A stretch of DNA of 64,000 nt from Dicyema japonicum (Eukaryota > Animalia > Dicyemida). Below, one piece after another: positions 1 through 12,759 of this stretch. The stretch spans positions 124,001 through 188,000 of the forward strand of contig RDEW01000005.1 of assembly GCA_011109175.1 (NCBI GenBank), given 5' to 3'. The number at the start of each line of letters is the position of its first letter. Positions within the stretch are counted from its first letter, which is position 1. Below the pieces are notes generated by a model that worked only from the letters and a program-made list of their open reading frames with translations, made no database searches and was not told the DNA's origin. Made by a program: the position numbers and the translations under genes.

Positions 1-59
1 CAACGAGGATAAATGAGAGGATAGATCGACCCAAAAAGCTAAATCGGCATCCACTCCTT

Positions 60-379
60 ATTTATTATTTATTGATTAACCCCGGATACACCGAGAAAGA
101 AGTTAAAGTAAACAACTAATTAAATGTATCCAGTTTTTACTTCTACAGAGTCAATTCGGAATCAACATAAAGGGTAAAAGACGTCCATACTTTCAGTTGT
201 GGAAACCCTTCCAGTGGAGTGGGGGAAAGCAAATGATCTTTTTTCGTGCCGGCCTGGCACTGGCACTAAACAGATGGATCATATGACGGCACTCTATTAG
301 GAAGAGAGAGGAGGAACAGACGAACAAACAGAAACTTCAACCAATTAGCCACGAAGCACCACATGGCGCCATGCGGCTA
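60..379 (-). mobile_element. Non-autonomous ~320-nt derivative of the Ingi-like LINE (copy 1)
   Basis: On the minus strand it starts with hairpin head tagccgcatggcgccatgtggtgcttcgtggcta and ends with tail ggatacatttaattagttgtttac...ctcggtgtatccggggttaa plus A-rich end; colinear with 20200-20526. Confidence 0.8.
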
Positions 380-1736
380 AAGATATGAGGGAGTACTTCA
401 TAAAATCTACGTTTTTTTCAAACAAATATATGGCACGCGGAACGACTCTACTATCAAACCGTGGTATGATAAAGCACATCAGGACACTTTGTGTTGTTGC
501 GGTGATTGATCAATATTCAAAAACGTGAGATTTCCTCTTCAATTTGGTGGGTACTTGTGTGAGAAACCCCTCAAACCTTAGTCCGCGCGGTTGAAAAATG
601 AAACTGCCTCAGAGTGTGCAAAAGGATTACTCGCGCTCTTTTTCAACAACATCTAACCACTATGGATCCATAATCAGTTCTACGTCTGATTGCATGTTCT
701 CGAGTATTTAAATGTTTCTTGTAGAAAATTGAGGTACCTGAACCAACAAGAGTACCAGGTCGCCATAGAATATCAACACAATTGTAACCATGATTATTTG
801 TACCCCCACTTTCTCCATTTTTAATAACTAGGATATCCAGACATACTGTGCTGGTTAAGAGCTAACAGCTCCAAATCCTGTTTAAGAGAGTGAAACCACA
901 GTTTACAGTTTTTTTAATTCAGTCACATAAACTTAAAATTCCGCTCTAGAGTGGAAACCCAACACATCAAGCAGTTCGCTTTATTCTTAAACAGTAATCT
1001 ATGTGTCTGAAATCTTGGCATCTGTAACATTGGAGAGCAAGATTTCTAATCCGAAGAGCCTTCTTTACCAAAAGGATTCTTTATCAAAGACGACTTGAAA
1101 ATCTATCAAATCACTCATATTCTTAAAGCGAGAAACAAATTCTCCTGAATGACTGCATGACACTCTTCTTCACCGATTATAATCTGAAAAAATATTAAAA
1201 GCGGTGATCGACCTCAAGGACTTATTCAAAAGATTCAACTATAAACTAAGAGACATATCTGTAGAACTACAGAAAAACCGTAAGAAAAAATTCATGGAAA
1301 TAAAAACTGTAAAACAAAAATACAAAATTACCAGACGCATGAAGAGCTCGTGCGACTATTACACACCATATCAGACAACTCTTTATTACACAACTTATAG
1401 TTGGATTGAGTGAGATTCACATAATTGACTGCATTTCTTGGTAAAACTGACATTCTTCAACAATTGCTTCTTTTGAGCTTGCATTCGTGTTTTAGCCATT
1501 TTTTAGACTTCACAGAAATATTGTCTTCTACACATGTAAATATTATTTTACTCACATGCAACTTGGCTGTATTTTGTCAAACAAAATAAAATTATGCCTT
1601 AATTACATATTTCAGTTAAGTGAGGTAGACAATTTACAAATTATCAGCTATGCGTGTCACACAACTTTAAATCCAAAATAGTTATAATGAATTTTAAAAA
1701 CATAAGTTAGTATAATCCAACAAAAATGTATTTTGT

Positions 1737-4304
1737 CTATTTCTTTTTCTTTGCAGGCAAATTTACATTCATTTTAGCACGGTGGTCAGAAACAAGTGAA
1801 TCATATAATTCCATGTTGACTGGCCTATAAAACGCATACTCCATGGTGTATTCCCCGAGACCACGGGTAGCTGCTCTCAAATCCAAGCAAAATCCGAACA
1901 TTTTATTAAGTGGAACTTCCGAGGAGATAGTTATCATGGTATCATCATACTTTTGATCTGTCACAATCCCTTGTCTACCAGACAAAATATCTAAAAGTCG
2001 TTTATAGAACTCATTCGGTGAATATACTTCTACCCTCATAATAGGTTCAAGTATATCCCAACTCCCATATTTATAAGCTAATCAAGTTACAAAATGTACC
2101 AACCTTGTTCGAAGGCTCCCTTAGCTGCAGCAAGGAAGGCCATTTCGTTCGAATCTACTTGGTGATGGTCCCCATCAGTCAATTCAAATCGAATTCCTGA
2201 CACTCTTCTACCAATGAGAGATCCCTTCTCCGCATTTAAACGTAGTCCCTAATATTTAACAAAATAACAGTCGTACCCTTTCTATGATGGGCACAAACTG
2301 TTTTGGCACGTTAGTGCCGACAGTTCTATCTTTGAACTCAAAGTTAGTGTATTTATCTTGACCTAGTGGCTATTAGGTTAAAAAGATTATGACCAAAAAA
2401 GTTCCAATAACTCTCCCATATTGCCCAGAACCTCCAGTTTGCATTTTATGCAGATAATCCACTCTATGGCTATGTCCTAATAATACTCGACTGGCTCCTT
2501 TAGAGTTTCAAGGAATGACACCCTCGGTTTTCCTAGAGTAACTTTGGTGTTGTACTCTCGTTCCATTCTCTGTGCGTATATCTCGATATGAAGTTCCCCC
2601 ATTCCTGATACTATAGCTTCTTTATTCTCCGCATCGTATCTGTACTGAAAAGACGGATCTTCCCTGGAGAATCGGTTAATGGCTTTCGAGAAAGAAGCCA
2701 GTTTATTGTTATCGTTGGGTCGAATTGACATGGAAATAACTGGGTTTGGGACAAATATGCTCTCCTATCAGTACATTCAAATCTCTTCAGTTACCATGGT
2801 GATTGTTTCAATTTTAGGATTTATCACTGTAAATGTGTCCCCACTGAAGCACTGGATTCCAAAAAACGTCACTATATCCCCAGCAAAGGCGATTTCAATG
2901 TCCTACAAATGAACAAAATTTAGACATTCATCTGATTAGCATGCATTCGCCCAATCCTCCCAATTCTGATTTTTTTGCCATCCCTGGTGTTATATATGCT
3001 GTCTCCTCGTTTTATACATCCTTGGTATATCCGTACATATGTTAGTTGTCCATATTTCCCCGCCTAGATGTGATGTAATGCACTGACCTCAAGTTTGAAG
3101 GCGAATGCAATGAAAGGGTTTTTGTCTGTTCTAGAAGAATCCATGATAAATGTCTCAGAAGTATCAATTCCATCAGATTCCTTCACCTCGGGGTACTTGT
3201 ATGCCATGTTCTCCACTTGTGAGGGATCCGGTAAATAATCAATCACGGAATTCAAGATCTCTTGGACTCCTTTATTCCGCAAGGCAGTTCCATATAGCAC
3301 GGGGACCAATTTTCTTGAAATACAACACTTTCTCAAGGCAGCCTTAGGAATCTGGAATTACAACAACCTTCAAAATATCGACAGGGACAAATTTATCCTC
3401 GATAAAATACTCAGCAACACCATCATCGAACTGGGAGACAGTTTCGACTAAATGTCTCTTTGAAATAGCGGCTTCTTCCTTGAATTCTTCCGGGATTGAT
3501 CTCCTGACTGTTTTAATTCTACAATAGAATCAATTCAAACCCAAAGGGACCCTCAAAATACACACTCTCCTCAGCAACTAAATCGATAACTCCAACATGA
3601 TCGCTTTCAGTTCCAATAGGAATTTGTAGAGGAACTACTGGTAGGTTCAGTTTAGTCCTAAATATTTCAACCTCAAAACTTCATTTCCTCAAGAGCACGT
3701 GCAGGATTTGCTGATCTTCTATCAAGTTTGTTAATAAACGCAAAAAATGGGACTTTGTACCGCTGAAGTTGCTTATTTACAGTAAAAGTCTGACTTTGGA
3801 CTCCCCCACATGCACATACAACCAAAACTGCGCCATCAAGAACTCTTAGAGCCCTCTCTACTTCTACAGTGAAATCAACGTGCCCTAAAAACTGGATCAA
3901 CCTCAATATTACCAGGAGTATCGATAATATTTAAGTTATGGTCCCGCCACGACACGAATGTGGTTGCAGACTGAATGGTGATCCCCCGTTCACGTTCAAG
4001 GTCCATAAAATCCATGGTAGCTCCCATTTTGTCCTTACCTTTGACTTCGTGCATTTCTTTGATAATTCCAGCGTAAAAAAGAAGTCGCTCAGTCAGAGTC
4101 GTTTTTCCGGAATCAATGTGGGCTGATATCCCAATATTTCTAATTTTGCTTAGGTCTGTTATAATTTCCTTAAATTCTATAAAATATTTCATAATACTGC
4201 ATCTTTGATACGAGAAGAAAAATTTATTTGAGAACTTTTACATAAAAAATGCTTGATGTTTGAAATAAAAATACCCGGATCTGATTAAGACACAACAGCC
4301 GCAT
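1737..4304 (-). CDS. GFM1: Mitochondrial elongation factor G1, 14 exons
   Basis: Motifs [77 protein letters not shown]. Removing 13 GT-AG introns of 22-35 nt gives one open frame. Inferred start [17 protein letters not shown] (ATG 4304) resembles a mitochondrial presequence; the first two introns are less certain. Stop is TAG. Confidence 0.95.
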
Positions 4305-4364
4305 GTTGGACTTTTTTTTAAATTTCTAAATAATTTTTAATTTAAGTTAATAACAATTAATTTT

Positions 4365-4562
4365 TTGTTTAGTTTAGCGGGATAATGACAATATTTGCGA
4401 CAAAAGTGCGGAAAAAATTCCTATGCTTTGCGGTTCGAATCTTCCTGTTGTCCATTCCAACTCGGGGGAGTATCGGGCCAAGATGAGGTCCCTGCTAGTG
4501 CATGCTGGGATCACGTGATTAGTTAATTTGTGTAACCGTGGTCTCTGGTGTTATATTATTAT
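4365..4562 (+). mobile_element. tRNA-headed SINE ending in the Ingi-like LINE 3' tail
   Basis: B-box ggttcgaatc (4432-4441); body atcgggccaagatgaggtccctgct recurs inverted at ~59190-59230; tail gggatcacgtgattagtt...gtggtctctggtgttat recurs at 38185-38245 (-) and 59405-59460 (+). Confidence 0.6.
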
Positions 4563-5134
4563 CCAACGTTAATGATTATTAAGTGACGCTATTGGTCGGG
4601 AAACCTTATACTTGTCACCGAATATCGGTTTTGTAGATCAAACCGAAAACTTTTTCGCCTTTATACAAGTAAAACTTCAAAAATAGCTTTTTTCAAGTTA
4701 CTTTTGGCATAAATTTCTTGCACTTTTTGGAAATGTAGGTGGAAGTGAGATGATATCCAATACCCTCAAAAAACCTTGTAAACTTTTACTGTTCAACTCA
4801 TGAAAGAAAAATCAGATTCGACAAAGCCTTAGTAGCTTTATTGATACAAGAGTCGGTAATGAAATGAGAATATCCCAATTTACTGTGGCACCTGTAAATC
4901 AATAATAAAAAATGATACGCCTGCTAGTTTGAAATGTTTCTTATACGTATTATTAACCAAAACCGTTTTCTACTGTTACAAGTGTGTCGAATAAGTTGCA
5001 CGTAAAATCCACTTGAGTCGATAGAAAATTCGCCACGCTATTTTTTAACAACAGTATTTACCTTTTCAAATCTACTTGTTTGAAAGCGGCTTAATAATTG
5101 ATGACACGTTGATATTTTATTCAAAAACTGTTTA

Positions 5135-5280
5135 GTATGGGCACAATGATTGACCGTCATATGTAAGAAACCCATATCTTGAAGACTATTGGTCGATTAT
5201 CTTCGCCAACAGTTTGATATGAGTGTCGAACCAACTGCCACATTTCCGATTATCGCTTTTGTAAGTGTTTTAATAGTTGA
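5135..5280 (-). mobile_element. Merlin (IS1595/ISXO2-like) transposase fragment
   Basis: Minus-strand translation TLTKAIIGNVAVGSTLISNCWRR*STNSLQDMGFLHMTVNH-AHT matches the Merlin pattern I..V..GS.I.SD.W..Y..L...G..H.TVNH...GAHT. Confidence 0.6.
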
Positions 5281-5624
5281 ACTGGTTAGATTATTCCACT
5301 CTTAAAAGCGACTAGAGAATGTAGTGCAGTAGAGAGCATGAATTACGACATTAACTACATTTTTATAAATTTTAAACAATCTTAAAAACATGAATTTTTG
5401 ACTTTACTGACAAAAATCATTTTCATCAGAAGACCTCTCATTAGTTTCATGGACATCATGTAGCCCCGAAGACATGCCTCTAACATTATTTTCAATATTT
5501 TTGGTAATAGACCATCAGGATTTGTTTGCAATATGATGAAACATCTACCCAATCACATAACTAAGTTATTGTAACTGGACATATAAATCATAACTTTATT
5601 TATTTACCCTCAGTCCCCTCAAGA

Positions 5625-5695
5625 GTAGTTAATTAGTTAAGTAAGCCAAGCCTCACTAACTTGTAAGAGACCAGGGGTTATTTAGTAGGATGATA
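5625..5695 (-). repeat. Retroposon 3'-end repeat (family D) with stem-loop and (TAAC)n tail
   Basis: gcctcactaacttgta(g/a)gag(a/g)ccag also at ~21645-21730 and ~62390-62480; preceded on + by tagt repeats. Confidence 0.65.
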
Positions 5696-5698
5696 TAT

Positions 5699-8390
5699 AG
5701 CCGCGTGGCGCCATGTGGTGCTGCGTGGTTAATGTAATATCACAATTTTAGAACTCCCAACTAAGTCCCGACGATTTAATAATTTCATAAATAAAAAACC
5801 TTTGAAAATTGAATTCTCTAAATGGTACACGTGCACTAATTTAGACCCCTAACCATAATTCCCAGTCATCATCCGACTCACCAGGCAATTGTTCCTTCCT
5901 TGTTAGCATTTTGAATCACAGAACTTGGCGTCATGTGGTTCACCTTTTGTGGTGGCGCTCAGTGTAGTAATACACAAAAAAGAATCATTTGCTCTTCTCC
6001 ATCCAGACTCCTTATGCCTGGATGGTATACCTCAACTGGAAACTCGAGATGTTGTTTGTTCCCTGGATTTTATTGCTTTCTGGAGATATTGAACAAAACC
6101 CTGGACCAAAACCCCATATTATTATGCAACTCAATTCTAACGGAATAAAAACAAAGATTCTGGAGTTACGATGTTTATTAACAAATCACAAGATTGACAT
6201 CTGCCTTATCCAGGAGTCAAAACTTTCTACAAACAGTACAACCCTACTTCTATCAGAAAAGACCACATTGGACGTGGTGGCGGCTTACTCACCATTATTA
6301 AAAACGGTTTATCCTTCCACGATGTGAGCTCGCAAGGGGATGATTTAATTCTACACGACAAGACCGCGGGACAAATTTCTATGATCTTATTAGTAGGTCA
6401 GAACATCTTATTCTAATCAACATTAACATTCCACCGCCAGGATCCTCTCCTAATAACTATGTTCCGAAGCTCGACAAACTACAAGAAATTCGAAATGTGT
6501 TACTATGTGGGGATTTCAACGGCAAACATCCGCAAAGGCTTAATACCCAGTCGGCAGACAAGAAAAAGAGTATAATTATCGCCTCTCTCGAAAAATGGTG
6601 ATTCTCAATCACCCGAATATCTTCACAAGGATACCTATCCGAAAAAATGACAACCCAACCTCCCCCGACGTATCTATTGCTTCCTCTAGGATTGCCCTGA
6701 AGATTTCATGGAACGTCTCTTACGATTTTCATAGTGATCATAATCCGATTATATTAAAACTGAGCCGATTCAAAAACTCACGTAGAATTAAAGCAACCTT
6801 CAAGGTCTACAAAAAAGTTGACTGGTCGAATTTCAAGCTCTTCATTGACTATAACATAATACATTTGATCCCACCTCATTTTTCTCCATCGACAAAGCAG
6901 TAAACCATCTAAACGATGTAATCCTTCAAGCTGAAAAGTTGTTTGCACCACGTGCATTTTACAAATTCTATAAGCCTACTCTGGACTCGGAGACTCGTCT
7001 CCTCGTCAAACAAAGAAATTCCCTGAAGATGAATCACTTGCCCTTCAAGCTGAAAAGTTGTTTGCACCACGTGCATTTTACAAATCCTACAAGCCTACTC
7101 TGGACTCGGAGACTCGTCTCCTCGTCAAACAAAGAAATTCCCTGAAGATGAATCACTTGCAAACCTCTTCTGATTGGGAAAATATAAAATGCTTAAATCA
7201 GAGAATTACATAGCTCATTAGGGAAAAGAAAGATAGGGCGTGGAATCGCCTATTATCATCTATTGGACATATGAAATCCACGAGTCTTTTATGGAAAACT
7301 ATTCGTCGAATCAAGCTAAACTTATCAGATGAATATGAATCTTTTTCATGCTCCAAATACTGTGCAAGCTAATAACCTAATGATATATTACGTATTCATA
7401 AGTTACAAAGACTTCTCGAAATCCCATTTGTGTCACCTTCAAAATTTAATGCCTAAACCAACTTCGTGGATCACTTTATTTACGCATGCCGAGGTCACAC
7501 AGGCAATAAGATCGATAAAGAGATCTTATTCGTGGTCCTGATGGCATTCCTGCCCTGGAGGACCAGATTCAATGCTTCTCACTTATGCTGACGACCTAAT
7601 CATCGCTAGCAGGAACAAATACGTGGGTACAGCAAAATCAGAGCTTCAGTCACATATTGACGACCTGGGAGCTTGGTTGAAGTTTAATCGTCTCTCCATA
7701 TCCAGGGATAAATTAACGTATACAATCTTCACCACGGACAGAAAAGAAAAACATACACTGGATTTGAACATTTATGGAGACTCCTTACCATTACAGATTC
7801 ATCCAACTATCCTGGGAGTGACATTTGACTCTTTGATGACATTTTTTCAACATGTGAAGAACGTTATGACAAAGGGTCTCAGGAAACTAAATATAATCAA
7901 ACCGCTCTTGAAGTCCAGGTCGTCACAGGAATGCGCTCTCATTGTGTTCAATCAATTCTTAAAAGCGACGATTGAGTATGCTGTGCCTCATGGGCCTATG
8001 GAGCTTCAATATCCAATTCATACAAGATCAATACCCTAATTGGCAAACTAGCAAGTCAAACGAATCTACCCCCGATTTTCCCCCCAATGCTTGACCACGC
8101 CGCAATCAAAAATAATGGCTCCGGCTTCATCTGTCTGTGTGGTCAAGAAACAACTCGTTTCTTCCATTCAAGGCTAAAGGCCTCAAATAACGAAATTTGG
8201 GGAAAAAACCCAACCCTCTTCAAACTCTAATGAAAGATGATCGTCGTCTATTCAGGAAAGCCGTGGGTACTCTGGTGGAACATAGGAAAAACCTCTCGAT
8301 CCTGTTGAGGCGTACCGGGATCACTTAATTAGTTTGTTTACTCCTTCTTTTTGGTGTTCTTTTTTCGGGGTTATTAAATAAATAAATAAA
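5699..8390 (+). mobile_element. Decayed Ingi/Jockey-group APE-RT non-LTR retrotransposon with 2A-like peptide
   Basis: 5' hairpin head; LLLSGDIEQNPGP then APE motifs (QLNSNGI, ICLIQESKL, CGDFNGKH, SPDVS, SDHNPI); RT remnants GPDG, TYADDL, ILGVTFD; RT core deleted near 7560; 3' tail gggatcacttaattagtt...cggggttattaaataaataaataaa. Confidence 0.85.
6070..6108 (+). other. 2A-like ribosome-skipping (StopGo) motif LLLSGDIEQNPGP
   Basis: Exact D(V/I)ExNPGP consensus with hydrophobic upstream tract, in frame with and just upstream of the APE domain. Confidence 0.9.
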
Positions 8391-8479
8391 TTTTGATTCA
8401 CTAAATTGTTAGAAATCCACCAAAGAAGAACCAAATTTTGAAATTAGAAAAAGCACGTGTTAACAGGCGTTATAGTGAA

Positions 8480-10631
8480 ATGACAAAACTCGATTCCGTC
8501 GTATATTCATGATTTACGAAATTTAGCTCCACGAACTCCTGGAAATTGCCCGCAACGAGCAGGACCTGTACAACAAGGTTACTTACTAATTGGTAAGACA
8601 GGTAATTTGAATGATAAATATTTCAAGGCGACGGTAGATTGCATTGAACGCGGGAAATTACTGTCAAATTTGCGCGACAAATTCCGAGATGATTTGTCAA
8701 ATATAACACTTTTCACCAAAAAGTCTATTTTCCACTAAAATCAGATTTCACGACAAACTCATGGCTCAGAGACTCGTGGATAATTTGGCGCAGATGAAAA
8801 TGGAGAAATTTCTGAGAAAAAATGAAGAAATTCTCCGTTTGTTAAGATGAAGACGAGGGTGATTTCCTCAAAGCAGAATTGAAGACCAGAATAGACGATG
8901 TGGTCAAATTATTTATTTGTAGTTTAAATTCACACTTTCCGAGTCGACTAATAACTCTGAATTAATGTCCCAGGCTGTGATAATGAACTCTTTCTTCCGT
9001 AAGACCATAGACACGGAATCACGGAATATTTCTACACAAAACGACCTCTGGAATTCTATTGTACACGCATTACTACACAAGGTCATCCACATCGAGCATA
9101 ACATAGATCATCTCTGATCAAAAATATGATAATATCTAAGTACTGAACAATCTCAAGGCCCTTTGGCGTGATAAAGCCCTTAAAATAGCCGAAGCGAATA
9201 AAAACTCAGCCATGGAGGATCTGGCAGACTGTGATCGAATTCTAGCGTCAATATCAGAACAACTTGACAGTTTGCATAATCGCTTTAAAACTCAAACATC
9301 TCAGTCTTTGAAAATAAGCGAGTCAATAAAAAGCAAAATTAAAAATTTGTTGTATTTCCCCCTAACTGATTTAGAACGACTTCTCCCACCTCCAATGCAG
9401 TTCAGGACGAATTATTGAGTGTAGTTACCTATGGTTTATGTTGAGGATGCTTTTGAAATGTTCAGCTTTTATTCGGGGGATTATCTGATTACGACCATTG
9501 AAATGGTTCATGGGTTAATTGAGAATCTTGAAATATTCGTCCAATTATGTAAAACGCTAACTCGAAGGTACATGACTGGCGAACAAGAAATGTACTCGAC
9601 AAACAAATTCATTGACCTTCAAAGTGAAATTGTTGACTATCTAAGCGTTCTCAGAGAGCTCTTTGTGACAGATAACAGTAGAATTTAATTACTTTTGATA
9701 GGATTTTCTACGCTTTCTAGTGAATTGATAGTTTGTGTTGAAAATAACAGAAATGTGGAAAGTTTAAATTCTTTTTGGTGGGAAAGTTCAGAAAATGACC
9801 AAAAAATGTGTTTTGCCGGAATTGACTTGTACTTTTATTACGAATTTCAGAACAACTTTGATTAAACTGGATAACAATCTGAAGTTTCTATTCGCCTCAT
9901 TTTCCGACGACATAAATCACAAATCTTTGACTAAAAACGTCTCCTTGTAACTTATATCAAGATTTCCGATTGCTATGACTCGATGGTGTGGATTGGAATT
10001 AATATTTCTCTCCACATTTTCCCTACAGAAAAGGTGGAAGATGAGAGAATCCTAGAAAGAGCCAAATCCATGATACTCACAGTTTGTGAAATTAAGGAAA
10101 GTTGTGAATCCATATCCTCTTACATTGACTTCATAAACCAGACATTGATGAGGTATTAAAAGTTGTTAAAATTAAGGAATTGCATACCCCTCCAATGAGG
10201 ATTCGAGCTTTCATCCGAGTTAAACCAAGTAGGTTATCAATATTTACCAAAGTTGTCACGTGACTGGTCACAAAGAATTTCTGAAGAATTCGAAAAGTTA
10301 AAGGAGCATGATAGAATAGTCCAGGACAATAAAGTCGGTTTTTGAGTTACCACGTGACAGAGTATGGGAGATTCAAAGGATGACTTTCAAGCGAAAAAGA
10401 TGTTTTTCCTAACGGATACATAAAAAAGTTTCTGAACAAGTCGACATTAATTTGGCTAGCAAAGATTTTGAAGAACTTCAACAAAACTATTTGTATGAGT
10501 TGAGGATGTTAGACTATAGAAAAGAAGAGAAATTAGCTGCAGAATTGGAGGATGAAGTGAGTCGTCTCGAGCGAGAAATTATGGAAATCAAGAAACAAAA
10601 TTTGCAAATCGGCTTGGATTTGATGAATTAA
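8480..10631 (+). pseudogene. AXDND1: AXDND1-like (axonemal dynein light chain domain) gene with disablements
   Basis: Spliced translation LLEIARNEQDLYNKVTY*LVRQ/ATVDCIERGKLLSNLRDKF..FHDKLMAQRLVD, DLWNSIVHALLHK, FYSGDYLI follows AXDND1; in-frame TAA at 8587 and 9137, frameshifts near 8840 and 9430; 20-26 nt introns. Confidence 0.7.
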
Positions 10632-11519
10632 ATATTTTGTGCTTTTATGCTCAAAATAACTAAAATATTTANAAAAAAGTTTCTGAACAAGTCGACATTA
10701 ATTTGGCGAGCAAATATTTTGAAGAACTTCAACAAAACTATTTGTATGAGTTGAGGATTTAGACTATAGAAAAGAAGAGAAATTAGCTGCAGAATTGGAA
10801 GAGGAAGTAAGTCGTCTAGAAATTATGGAAATCAAGAAACGAAATTTGCAAATCGGCTTAGATTTGATGAACTAAATCTTTTATGCTCAAAATAACTAAA
10901 ATATTTATATTAATTAAAATTTGTAATAAAAAAATATTAATTGAAACAGTGAGGATTTGATTTTGTCAATAATGTTGTGTTTGGTAGACTCAATATCAAA
11001 GACAATTACAGAAATATGTTGATGATGGCTTCGAACAAGTTAGAGTTCATTTTTGCCACTTTGTCAGTAAAAAATATTAATTGAAACAGTGAGGATTTGA
11101 TTTTGTCAATAATGTTGTGTTTGGTAGACTCAATATCAAAGGCAATTATTGAAATGTGTTGATGATGGCTTTGAACAAGTTAGAGCTTATTTTTGCCACT
11201 TTGTCAGTCGTCTTTTCAATATTTACTTCATAGGGTCGCGTAATGCCATGTGGTTACTTGATTGAATATTTATCTTCCCTCCTTTTGTGGCGTCATCTTA
11301 TCAACGTAATTCAGGAGACGCCCAATGTCTTACCGACATTCAAGAGGATCCATCTCTTTATTCCACCGGGAGACTATTTCACTCCCTGTCGATAAGTTGT
11401 GGTTTCGATTTTACCTTCCAGGACAATGTATTTTGGATCAACAGTGTCTGGGTGAAAGGTTATTAATTTTTAGAGTTTTTGAATAAAAAACTAACCGTCA
11501 TCAACTGTTATGCGTTCAA

Positions 11520-12520
11520 TCAGAAAGGTCGTTAAAAAGGTTAAGTCTGTTATTAGAAAATATCCTAGTGAATTTTCTATCAACTCACGAATTTTCTAAA
11601 CAACAGCTTATTTTAATCTTTCGTCTAAGAAATATTTCAAACTAACAGGTCATTTTATTACTATCTCACAGGTGTCACTGTAAAAATATCTGATTTTCTC
11701 ATTCCATCTATTGACTCTAGGATAACAAAGTCACTATGCTGAGTCTAATGTAATTTTCTTTCCATAAGTTGAATATTAAAGTTTACAAAATTTGTTGAGT
11801 CTATTGGATATCGTTTTACTTCCTTCTATGCAAAATTGTAGAAAATTTATTCCGAAGGTAAGTTAACCAAAGCTATTTTTGAGTTTTTACATGCATTTAT
11901 TATAGAGTTGGAAAAAATTGGTTTGTTCTACGAAATCGATATAAATATGTGTGAATACACAAATAATTTTCTTCCGTATAAAATCAATGTGATTTCTGGT
12001 ATTGCATATTTATTATAAGATTTGGAATATCTGGTATTGGGAGGCACATGTATACCGTCATCAACTTCAAGGTGATTTCTATACCAAGTTTTCAAATATG
12101 CACATAAGTTGTCTGGAATAAGATTACTAGGGCAACCGGAAATATAAAATTTAAAAAAATATCTATCTTTGTGAGAATTTTGCTATTAACGAAATAACTC
12201 TTTCAGAGGAGGCAGAAATTGTAGTACAACGTATCAGAGTTGCATAGACAGATGGTCGAAAATTTTTGTTTAAATAATTAAGTATTTCCAAAATTCCAGT
12301 CATTTAAGTTTTTTTTGGAAACAGTCACAAATAATTTGCTGAACTTTCAGACAGTGTCGAGGATGTTAGTAATTTTTTTGCCTAAAATAATTTTTAAATC
12401 CTTACTTTATTTACAATATTTCCGTCGCTGTTATTTATGAAACAATCCGAACTATTTCAAGAAGATTCAAAGAGTAACATTTTGCCAACTACCTCATCTT
12501 GTGATAACCACGTCAGGTAG
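11520..12520 (+). pseudogene. Unidentified spliced gene remnant
   Basis: Several micro-intron-like segments (gtcattttattactatctcacag, gtattgcatatttattataag) between short coding-like stretches with stops; no recognisable domain. Confidence 0.25.
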
Positions 12521-12759
12521 TTGTCTAATTATAGAAAAGAATTATTTTCTTTTCTTGTTTTTTTACAACCTAGGCCTTTATTCCCGATATTACACACGTC
12601 TTCTCTGTTTTTGACAAAAATAAGTTTCAGAAACCATTCCGTGAATACATGTGTGCAGGTTTCAACTAATTTGTAATTATGGAGAAATCTCTGAAAACTA
12701 TATCCCAGTGTAGATTTTCTCTGTGGTGTTAATTTCAGTTCATAAGTGCAGGACAAAAT

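Noticed and set aside
480-1430. ORF 1204-1413 and weak RT-like words upstream
   Set aside because: Too decayed to assign; probably an old retroelement
5699-5935. HDV-like ribozyme at the LINE 5' end
   Set aside because: No P3/L3 UCC, P1.1 or catalytic C arrangement found; the head is a simple hairpin
8587-9139. Possible TAA reassignment to Glu/Gln
   Set aside because: TAA terminates the nuclear receptor, DRC5 and NCAPH, and GFM1 has no in-frame stops; the AXDND1 locus also has frameshifts
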